From: Dendrobates tinctorius
Taxonomy: Eukaryota
Direction of reading: 5' to 3'
DNA: 64,000 nt
Assembly (NCBI RefSeq): GCF_039654945.1
Contig: NW_027361804.1
Span: forward strand, 4,154,001-4,218,000
Part shown: positions 14,184 to 26,100 of the stretch, one piece after another
Position numbering within the stretch: the stretch's first letter is position 1
Layout of the letters: every line of letters starts with the position of its first letter
Notes under the pieces: generated by a model
Databases searched by the model: none
What the model was told of the DNA's origin: nothing
The model's input: only the letters and a program-made list of their open reading frames with translations
Position numbers and translations under genes: made by a program

Positions 14184-17100
14184 CTGCCGGAAAAATGAAG
14201 GAGATTAGACATGGAGGAGATAAAGCTTCACCTTTAATTATACGTAGTTTGTCCAGTTTTAGAGTTGGGGGTCTTGGACCTGCACTCGTCTGTATCACGC
14301 GAATCGTCGTCAATGTACAGACCCTCCAGTGTAACCTGGACGTGAAATTACCAATATGGAAAGTGATCTGAGCCAACTCCGATCTCTGCTGTCCGAGGCC
14401 GGCACACGCTAACGACACAGGCAAGATGTGAAGTCCCAATCGTCGCAGTAGAGAATGAGCCCCCCGCACTCACGTCACATTGCCGAGATAGGGGTGGTCT
14501 CGCCTCAGTTGGAGGGTGGCAAAAAAACAATGTGGTGGTCAATAAGGGGTTAACCAATGGGCCCTGACTTACCTGATCCAGCGGTAACATGGGGGGTCTC
14601 TCCATCATCTCCCCCTGCCGCGGACCTCTGCCTTTGGGAAAAGATGGCAACTGCATCTGTGGAGGCAGCCTACAATGTGTAAACGACAAAAAAAGGGAAT
14701 CAGCAAAGAAGGCAGGTGCCCGAGGGGGTCTATAAAGGGATACGTGGCTAGGACTCCCCACTGATCACCAGAAAACACCAATGGAGCAGCAACGTCCCCA
14801 GAATAGAGGATTGGGGTCCCTGCTCCAGCGATCAGTGGGCATCCAGGCGAGTGTGACTGGGCGAGCTGCCATCTAGTGGTGCCTCCTGGTCATTGCATTT
14901 TTCCCAACAGCCATGAAATCTAGCGACGGGCCTGAACACACCTTTGTGGCCGGTACAGGTCAGTAAATGGCTGCTCCATCACAGTAGCATGGAAGTGCCC
15001 CCAACTGTCCAGCGGGGGGAAACCGGAGCCCATCTGGGGGTGTCCGTTGGTCTGTCCAGGCACAGGGTGGCGTTGCTGGTGTACAGGCGGGTGCAGGTAC
15101 CCTCGGAGTTGGTACTGCTGATGGGCAGGGTAGTGCGACTGAGCCATCATACGGGATGGGGGTCGGTAGTTGGGACTGGCCCAGCCAGGTGCCTGTCCGT
15201 AGCCGTAGGGGTCACTCTGCCTCTTGTGACTGTCCAGATCCAGAAACTGTTTAGGGCTCTCAGGACGGCCGGAGGGGTCGTCGTCCTTCTTTGTTTTCTC
15301 CTCCGGGCCCTCCGCGCTGTCGCCTGGCACTGCTCGGGGCTGTCCCTCCAGCAGAGGGGACATGAGGAGGCGCCGCAGCTCCTCCATGTTTTGTGCACTC
15401 CTGTCGGGTCGGATGAAACCCCCAGAGCGCTGGGGGGTCAGCTGTCCGTTGTGTTGCCAACGCTGGTACTCCTCAGGGTAAAAGGGAGGCCGCTGGTAAG
15501 GCTGCGCGTGTGGGGGCCGCTGATAAGAGTAGACATCATCCTGAGGATGGTACCGGGGGAACGGCCCAATATGAGGCGGTGGGGATCTGTTTCCCAATGG
15601 CTGAAGGGGTTGAGGTGGTCCTGGCGGCTGACACGTAACGGCTTGGGTACCGGGTGCTGGAACCACAGGTGCAAAGTCATTTCTTTGTTCTCGTCCTGTC
15701 ATATCTACAGGGGCCAACGGGCGAGGAACGTCCTGGAGAATTACGACCACAGGTTCTGACGGCTCAGAGAGTGCTGCATCCAATCCATTCTGAGGGCTTA
15801 CAAGAGACCCCGAGGCCTGAGGGGTCTCATCATCTGGGACATGGCAGGGAACCAGATTACTCCGACCGTCCGAGCTCAGCACAGCAGGGGGAACGGAAAT
15901 AGGGTCTGTGATCGAGGGCAAGACAGGAGGAGGGCGATCCAGCGATGGCACCGGAGAGGCAGAAACACCTAAAAAAGACAAAATATTACAGGAATGAGAC
16001 AATAAGTAGAAAACCCTCTAGAATCTGCAATACATAGCGTGTGTCAACCTCCAGAGCTGAGCTCACTATTCTGCTGGTGCAGTCACTGTGTACATACATT
16101 ACATTACTGATCCTGAGTTACATCCTGTATTATACTCCAGAGCTGCACTCACTATTCTGCTGGTGCAGTCACTGTATACATACATTGCATTACTGATCCT
16201 GAGTTACATCCTGTATTATACTCCAGAGCTGCACTCACTATTCTGCTGGTGCAGTCATTGTGTACATACATTACTGATCCCAAGTTACATCCTGTATTAT
16301 ACCCCAGAGCTGCACTCACTATTCTGCTGGTGCAGTCAATGTGTACATATATTACATTACTGATCCTGAGTTACATCCTGTATTATACTCCAGAGCTGCA
16401 CTCACTATTCTGCTGGTACAGTCACTGTGTGCATACATTACCGATCCTGAGTTACCTCCTGTATTATACTCCAGAGCTGCACTCACTATTCTGCTGGTGC
16501 AGTCACTGTGTACCTATATTACTGATCCTGAGTTACCTCCAGTATTATACTCCAGAGCTGCACTCGCTATTCTGCTGGTGCAGTCACTGTGTACATACAT
16601 TACATTACTGATCCTGAGTTACATCCTGTATTATACCCCAGAGCTGCACTCACTATTCTGCTGGTGCAGTCACTGTGTACATACATTACTGATCCTGAGT
16701 TACATCCTGTATTATACTCCAGAGCTGCAGTCACTATTCTGCTGGTGCAGTCACTGTGTACATACATTACTGATCCTGAGGTACCTCCTGTATTATACCC
16801 CAGAGCTGCACTCACTATTCCGCTGGTGCAGTCACTGTACATACATTACTGATCCTGAGTTACATCCTGTATTATACTCCAGAGCTGCACTCACTATTCT
16901 GCTGGTGCAGTCACTGTGTACATACATTACATTACTCATCCTGAGTTACCTCCTGTATTATACCCTAGAGCTGCACTCACTATTCTGCTGGTGTTGTCAC
17001 TGTGTACATACATTACTGATCCTGAGTTACATCCTGTATTATACCCCAGAGCTGCACTCACTATTCTGCTGGTGCAGTCACTGTGTACATACATTACTGA

Positions 17101-20100
17101 TCCTGAGTTACATCCTGTATTATACTCCAGAGCTGCAGTCACTATTCTGCTGGTGCAGTCACTGTGTACATACATTACTGATCCTGAGGTACCTCCTGTA
17201 TTATACCCCAGAGCTGCACTCACTATTCCGCTGGTGCAGTCACTGTACATACATTACTGATCCTGAGTTACATCCTGTATTATACTCCAGAGCTGCACTC
17301 ACTATTCTGCTGGTGCAGTCACTGTGTACATACATTACATTACTCATCCTGAGTTACCTCCTGTATTATACCCTAGAGCTGCACTCACTATTCTGCTGGT
17401 GTTGTCACTGTGTACATACATTACTGATCCTGAGTTACATCCTGTATTATACCCCAGAGCTGCACTCACTATTCTGCTGGTGCAGTCACTGTGTACATAC
17501 ATTACTGATCCTGAGTTACATACCGTATTATACCCCAGAGCTGCACTCACTATTCTGCTGGAGCAGTCACTATGTACATACATTACATTACTGATCCTGA
17601 GTTACATCCTGTATTATACTCCAGAGCTGCACTCACTATTCTGCTGGTGCAGTCACTGTGTACATACATTACTGATCCTGAGTTACATCCTGTATTATAC
17701 CTCAGAGCTGCACTCACTATTCTGCTGGTGCAGTCACTGTGTACATACATTACTGACCCTGAGTTACATCCTGTATTATACCCCAGAGCTGCACTCACTA
17801 TTCTGCTGGTGCAGTCACTGTGTACATACATTACTGATCCTGAGTGACATCCTGTATTATACCCCAGAGCTGCACTCACTATTCTGCTGGTGCAGTCACT
17901 GTGTACATACATTACATTACCGATCCTGAGTGACATCCTGTATTATACCCCAGAGCTGCACTCACTATTCTGCTGGTGCAGTCACTGTGTACATACATGA
18001 TTACCTCTTACGTGTGTGGCTCCGTCCGTCGGTTGTTCAGGGCTGGGTGAAGGGTCTGGTCTATCGTTCCCAGTGTGGACATCACTGGGCTGGACTGCTA
18101 TGGTTGATGGCTGACACTGGTCAGGGGTGAAGGACGCCTGCGACGGGTAAGAGGTGGTTAACGGGGGCGTCTGTGATGTGTAGGGGGTTGAGGACGCCCG
18201 AGTTGCGGAGCGCTCCGTTGCTGCACAGACAAAGGACGTCAATCTCTGCATCGCAATCATCTCAGGACTGTCCATCATGGGATTTCCAGAGGAACCAAAT
18301 GCATGTCTGACCCCGAGGTTGGGTCCTGGAGAACTAAATCGAGGATCTAATGGATGGGAGTAGGGTGGAGGGTCTGATCTCGGACCAGGGTCATTTCCAT
18401 TCCACATGGCTGGCTGAAGTCCATATCTGTAGGTGGGATTAGTGGCGCCAGAGAGGGGCATTTTTCCGTCAGGTGCAGGGAGTCTCATTGGTGCTATATA
18501 TCCAGAAGGACACTTAGGCTGTGGATGTCGGCTCCATTCTTGGACAGACGTCCTCCCGGGATCAGACGCCTCAGACGTTCGCGGAGCTCCGAAATCCGGA
18601 CATTTATCATCAGCCTGCAAGAAAGACGCGGGTTACATGGTGGACAACGTAGAGTATAACACCCAATGTACACAACACCACACACCTGAGCGCCGAAACT
18701 CTGATCCCCAAGAATAGGATCACCCGGGAGCGGTTCTGGGAATCTCAGGGGCCCAAAGCCAAGACCAGTGTCCGAAACCTGAAGAGGCGCAAGCTTCAAC
18801 GGTGCGGCCGGCTGAAGAAAGGGAAAACGAGCAAAATAGCCAGTACAGAGGGGCAGTATTATAGTAGTTATATTCTTGTACATAGGAGAGCAGTATTATA
18901 GTAGTTATATTCTTGTACATAGGGGCAGTATTATAGTAGTTATATTCTTGTACATAGGAGAGCAGTATTATAGTAGTTATATTCTTGTACAGAGGAGCAG
19001 TATTATAGTAGTTATATTCTTGTACATAGGAGAGCAGTATTATAGTAGTTATATTCTTGTACATAGGGGGCAGTATTATAGTAGTTATATTCTTGTACAG
19101 AGGGGCAGTATTATAGTAGTTATATTCTTGTACATAGGGGGCAGTATTATAGTAGTTATATTCTTGTACATAGGGGGCAGTATTATAGTAGTTATATTCT
19201 TGTACATAGTGGGCAGTATTATAGTAGTTATATTCTTGTACAGAGGAGCAGTATTATAGTAGTTATATTCTTGTACATAGGGGCAGTATTATAGTAGTTA
19301 TATTCTTGTACATAGGAGAGCAGTATTATAGTAGTTATATTCTTGTACATAGGGGGCAGTATTATACTAGTTATATTCTTGTACAGAGGAGCAGTATTAT
19401 AGTAGTTATATTCTTGTACATAGGGGGCAGTATTATACTAGTTATATTCTTGTACAGAGGAGCAGTATTATAGCAGTTATATTCTTGTACATAGGGGGCA
19501 GTATTATACTAGTTATATTCTTGTACAGAGGAGCAGTATTATACTAGTTATATTCTTGTACATAGGAGAGCAGTATTATAGTAGTTATATTCTTGTACAT
19601 AGGAGAGCAGTATTATAGTAGTTATATTCTTGTACATAGGGGCAGTATTATAGCAGTTATATTCTTGTACATAGGGGGCAGTATTATAGTAGTTATATTC
19701 TTGTACAGAGGAGCAGTATTATAGTAGTTATATTCTTGTACATAGGGGGCAGTATTATACTAGTTATATTCTTGTACAGAGGAGCAGTATTATAGCAGTT
19801 ATATTCTTGTACATAGGGGGCAGTATTATACTAGTTATATTCTTGTACATAGGGGACAGTATTATAGTAGTTATATTCTTGTACATAGGAGCAGTATTAT
19901 AGTAGTTATATTCTTGTACATAGGGGACAGTATTATAGTAGTTATATTCTTGTACATAGGGGACAGTATTATAGTAGTTATATTCTTGTACATAGGGGAC
20001 AGTATTATAGTAGTTATATTCTTGTACATAGGGGGCAGTATTATAGTAGTTATATTCTTGTACAGAGGAGGAGTATTATAGTAGTTATATTCTTGTACAT

Positions 20101-23100
20101 AGGAGAGCAGTATTATAGTAGTTATATTCTTGTACATAGGAGAGCAGTATTATAGTAGTTATATTCTTGTACATAGGAGAGCAGTATTATAGTAGTTATA
20201 TTCTTGTACATAGGGGCAGTATTATAGCAGTTATATTCTTGTACATAGGAGCAGTATTATAGTAGTTATATTCTTGTACATAGGAGCAGTATTATAGTAG
20301 TTAAAGTCTTGTACATAGGGGCAGTATTATAGTAGTTATATTCTTGTACATAGCGGCAGTATTATAGTAGTTATATTCTTGTACATAGGAGCAGTATTAT
20401 AGTAGTTATATTCTTGTACATAGGAGCAGTATTATAGTAGTTATATTCTTGTATATAGGGGACAGTATTATAGTAGTTATATTCTTGTATATAGGGGGCA
20501 GTATTATAGTAGTTATATACTTGTACATAGGGGCAGTATTATAGTAGTTATATTCTTGTACATAGGGGCAGTATTATAGTAGTTATATTCTTGTATATAG
20601 GGGGCAGTATTATAGTAGTTATATTCTTGTATATAGGAGCAGTATTATAGTAGTTATATTCTTGTACATAGGAGCAGTATTATAGCAGTTATATTCTTGT
20701 ACATAGGAGCAGTATTATAGCAGTTATATTCTTGTACATAGGAGCAGTATTATAGTAGTTATATTCTTGTACATAGGAGCAGTATTATAGTAGTTATATT
20801 CTTGTATATAGGGGGCAGTATTATAGTAGTTATATTCTAGAAAATAGGGGGCAGTATTATAGTAGTTATATTCTTGTATATAGGGGACAGTATTATAGTA
20901 GTTATATTCTTGTATATAGGGGGCAGTATTATAGTAGTTATATTCTTGTATATAGGGGGCAGTATTATAGTAGTTATATTCTTGTATATAGGGGACAGTA
21001 TTATAGTAGTTATATTCTTGTATATAGGGGGCAGTATTATAGTAGTCATATTCTTGTATATAGGGGACAGTATTATAGTAGTTATATTCTTGTATATAGG
21101 GGGCAGTATTATAGTAGTTATATACTTGTACATAGGAGCAGTATTATAGTAGTTATATTCTTGTACATAGCAGTATTATAGTAGTTATATTCTTGTACAT
21201 AGGGGCAGTATTATAGTAGTTATATTCTTGTACATAGGGGCAGTATTATAGTAGTTATATTCTTGTACATAGGGGGCAGTATTATAGTAGTTATATTCTT
21301 GTACTAATAATGTACAGTAATGGATAGCTTAATATTTACCGTGTCCCTGGGGTGGAAGGAGCTCCGGTTTGTGACTCCACACTGCAGGGGGTGTGGGTAC
21401 GCTGGTCCTTTGGCAGTTCTGCTCACCGCCGGCTGCAGTCGCTCATCTCCATCTTCGCTGGGAGATGACTGGTGGATCATGCTGCTCTCTGAACTCTGCC
21501 GCTTTCTGCCCCCTTCCTCCTTAGTCTTCCTCCAGCCTCCAGCCCTGGAGCGTCTCCTTTGGCTCCGCCTCTTCGAGGGTTTCTCCTTTTCGTCATAGCG
21601 GATCCAGGTGTCTCCATCAGACTCTGCATCATCATCCGGGAGGTGCTTGAGCAAAGCCTTCTTAAAGCAGCGCTCCAGACTGTCGGCCATCTCTGTGTAT
21701 TCTGTAAGGAGCCGTGTCGGTGATGATTATGAGGAGACGTCAGTGATAATAGTACAATAATATAATGCCGTAAGATGAACTCACCGCTATCAGGCCCATT
21801 GTACTTGACGCAGTTTTTAAAAATGGTTCTCATATCCTTGACAAACTGATCCTTAGTAAAGTAATATCCGGAGCCGAGCCGCTGCTCCACCTTGGAGATG
21901 TCCATAGGGCACTGGGGAGTAAAGCAGCGATCATGTGCTTTATATGGGGAGAGGAGACGGGCAGCCGCCGGAGGCGAGAGGAGACGGGCAGCCGCCGGAG
22001 GCGAGAGGAGACGGGCAGCCGCCGGAGGCGAGAGGAGACGGGCAGCCGCCGGAGGCGAGAGGAGACGGGCAGCCGCCGGAGGCGAGAGGAGACGGGCAGC
22101 CGCCGGAGGCGAGAGGAGACGGGCAGCCGCCGGAGGCGAGAGGAGACGGGCAGCCGCCGGAGGCGAGAGGAGACGGGCAGCCGCCGGAGGCGAGAGGAGA
22201 CGGGCAGCCGCCGGAGGCGAGAGGAGACGGGCAGCCGCCGGAGGCGAGAGGAGACGGGCAGCCGCCGGAGGCGAGGATGGCCGTTCACCTCCCAGGGGAA
22301 TAGAGGATCGGTGACCTACCGTGATTATATCGTAATAATTTGGGGCGTAAGACTCGTCTACCGGCTCCAGAAACGGCCATGAGTCCTTGTGAGCCTTCAC
22401 TGCATCGAGAACTGGAAGAGAAGATGTTACCGAAATTACATGTGACCCAATGTCGGCCCTGAATGGTGGCGGGAACCATAGTTAAAAGGGATATTTCAAT
22501 TCTTTAAGGCAAATCCATAGGAGCTGAGAATAAGGAGGTGTCCGCACGTGCATCGCAGGCTCCATCACTTCTACGGGAGTCTCAGAGGTCGTCGGGACGC
22601 ACTCACCCTTATACATGGCCGTGTACTGATCGTCCAGGTCAATCCCCAGCCTGTGAGGTAAAAGTCACATTATGTGAATGCCGTATACCGCTATATACCG
22701 TACACCCCATATGCAGATACACTCACAGATCCGACACTCGGTAGTCACCCTGGATGGGTGAGGTGGGTTCTAGGTGGCATAATTCCGGGGGTAACTGTTT
22801 GCCCTGTGACAGCAGCCAGGAGCGCTCCTCCCTCAGCTTCCTCCTCCGGGCCCGATCTGTCATTGATGGAGCACAGGGGACGGTTGTGATATAGGAGAAT
22901 GCAGGCGCATCACACACAGACGGCCACACGTATTGCACAGCGGTGCACGTACCGCACAGCGTCTGTCGCACAGGCACCCCCGCACCTGTCACACAGCAAC
23001 ACACATACTGCACAGCGGAACCCACACCAGTTGCACATACTGTACAGCTACTCCCGCACAGGACGCACAGCAACGCACATACTGCAGAGAGACGCTGGCA

Positions 23101-26100
23101 CGTGCCGCACAGCGAAACCCACACCACTTGCACATACTGCACAACGACCACACTTGTCGCACAGCAGTACACATACTGTACTGCGACCCCCGCACGTGCC
23201 GCACAGCAAAACCCACACCAGTCGCACATACTGCACAACTACGCCTGCACCTGATGCACAACGACCACACCTGTCGCACAGCAATGCACATACTGTACTG
23301 CGACCCCCGCACATGCCGCAGAGCAAAACCCACACCAGTCGCACACACTGCACAGCGAAGCCCGCTCCTGACGCACAGCAACGCACATACTGCACAGCGA
23401 AGCCCGCTCCTGACGCACAGCAACGCACATACTGCACAGCGACGCACATACTGCAGAGACACGCCGGCACGTGCCGCACAGCGAAACCCACACCAGTCGC
23501 ACATACTGCACAACTACGCCCGCACCTGATGCACAACGACCACACCTGTCGCAAATCAACGCACATACTGCACAGCGAAGCCCGCTCCTGACGCACAGCA
23601 ACGCACATACTGCACAGCGAAGCCTGCACCTGACACACAACGACAGCACAGCAGTGCACATACTGCAAAGCTACATCCGCACCTGACGCACAGCAGCGCA
23701 CATACTGCAGAGACGCCCGCACGTGCCGCACAGCAAAACCCACACCAGTCACACATACTGCACAGCTACGCCCGCACCTGATGCACAACGACCACACCTG
23801 TCGCACAGCAACGCACATACTGCACAGCAACGCACATACTGCACAGCGAAGCCTGCACTTGACGCACAACGACAGCACAGCAGTGCACATACTGCACAGC
23901 TACACCCGCACCTGACGCACAGCAACGCACATACTGCAGATAGAAGCCCGCACGTGCAGCAAAACCCACACCAGTTGCACATACTGCACAACGACGCCTG
24001 CACCTGACGCACATAATGCACAGCGACGCCCGCTGCAGCATCCTGCAGATCTCTACATTACCTTCCACCGATCGGACTTTCTCGGCCATCGCTCGCTTCC
24101 TCTCCTCCTTCTGCAGGAGCTCATGTTCCTTCCTCTGCATCATCATCAGCAGCTGCCGTTCCTCCTCCTGAGCTCCAGGGTCCTGCAGAACACAGGGTCG
24201 GCATATCAGCAGTGCCAAAACTTAGAGAGGACGTCTAATGGAGCGTGATACATGCAGTCAACACATTTTAAAAGTTGGTGTCGCCATTAATAGACTGGAT
24301 AAAGTGGCTGCCAATTTGCTGTGCTATGCAGTTTTCTACTTCTACCAGCAGAGGGCGCCTGAAAACCAGCAAAAACTTCATCCGTTACCTCAAAGAACAA
24401 ATATGGAGGCGATCACATGGGAGGTGCAAGTCTGGGCCAGCTCTAACTCACCTTCTACGCTATGGTCCCGATGTCAAGATGAAGAGTAAAATGGCAGAAT
24501 TAATGAGCGCTGCTGGTGACGGGATCCACTGGATAAACGCTATATGCAATCCCCATGTGCAATATGAAGTGATATCACATACGTTACACTGGGAGGCGCT
24601 AATTAGCATTTTTTTTAATTAATTTTTTTGCACAATTTTTTTTTTTTCCTTTAAACACCTTTTTTTTTTTTGGCTCACCTCCTGCCGGAAAGATCTGAAC
24701 CCAGAGTGGTTGGACGGTCTCTTGGATGTGAAACGCGTCTGTTCATTCTGAATTTTGGTTTCCTGACGATAACAATAAATAAGATAAGAAGCGTGGCAGC
24801 TCATCCCTGATGAGAATAAAGGATCGGACATGCTGAAATCCGACATGCCCGATCCGTCTCCAACGTCTGCCATAGAAGCAGATTGCTGGCTCTGGCTGAC
24901 CCCTATCTCCTGGGCACGGACCCCCTGCTGCGCCCCGCACCCACCTTCTGGGAGATCATATTGCAGATTTCCGGTAGGAACTCGTCGCTCAGGATCTTAT
25001 AAAGATGGCGGTCCTTGTGAGATGTCTTGTCCCGGAAGCTCTCCGTCACCTCTCGCCATTCCTGCTCCGTCTGGCACAGGAGACACCAAGATCCCTCCCC
25101 GGGAGAACTGGCTGAGAAAATAAGGGCTCCGCTCGTGACTCCAGCACCACATTCACTGTCCTAATAAAGGAGCACTGGTTCTTTAAGAGTTAAAGAGGAG
25201 CTCCACCAAAAAAGCGCATACGATCTCCAGTACCCCGTCACTCCAGCTCAGCATGTCCTCAGCTCAGAGTCCAATACTCCGCAGCAATGTCAGGACAAGG
25301 GGAAGACAAAGCAAACCCTCAGCTGTGACAAGTATCAGACCTGTGACACGCGCAGAATAACGGAAGCTTCACCACGTAATGGCGGCATTATATCTCGTAC
25401 CGTACTTGTTCTTCAGTTCCTCGATCACTGATGGCGTCAGCTCCAATCTCTCACTGTGGAAAAAAATAAATATAAAAACACACAAGGGATTAAAAAGGAG
25501 TCTGCGCTGATTAATACGGGTGCAGCGGTGCTGGGATATCCTGCCCCCGGGGACAGTCGCGCACCTGACGACCGGCTCCTCCGGGAATTTCTTCTTCTTG
25601 GGAGGCCGTCCTCTCTTCCTTACGGGCTTCTCCAGCGCGGCGGCTGCAGCTCTGAGGTCACAAGGAAAATGGGAAAAAGGAGGAGAGCACATTAATCAGA
25701 GATCCGATGCACCAGAGCTGCAATCACAATTCAGCTGCACATCATAGAAAACGGTCAGCAGCAGAATAGTGAGTGCAGCTCTGGGGTATAATACAGGAGG
25801 TAACTCAGGATCAGTAATGTAATGTATGTACACAGTGACTGCACCAGCAGAATAGTGAGTGCAGCTCTGGGGTATAATACAGGGTGTAACTCAGGATCAG
25901 TAATGTAATGTATGTACACAGTGACTGCACCAGCAGAATAGTGAGTGCAGCTCTGGAGTATAATACAGGGTGTAACTCAGGATCAGTAATGTAATGTATG
26001 TACACAGTGACTGCACCAGCAGAATAGTGAGTGCAGCTCTGGAGTATAATACAGGATGTAACTCAGGATCAGTAATGTAATGTATGTACACAGTGACTGC

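Noticed and set aside
14944-15759. 271-aa plus-strand ORF
   Set aside because: Antisense shadow of GC-rich cecr2 exon 17.
16088-17936. ORFs such as [12 protein letters not shown], and the [12 protein letters not shown] ORFs elsewhere
   Set aside because: Intronic or intergenic minisatellite translations.
22899-24021. Cys-rich, metallothionein- or keratin-associated-like ORFs
   Set aside because: Arise from the TGTGC-rich intron 9 repeat and are open in many frames.
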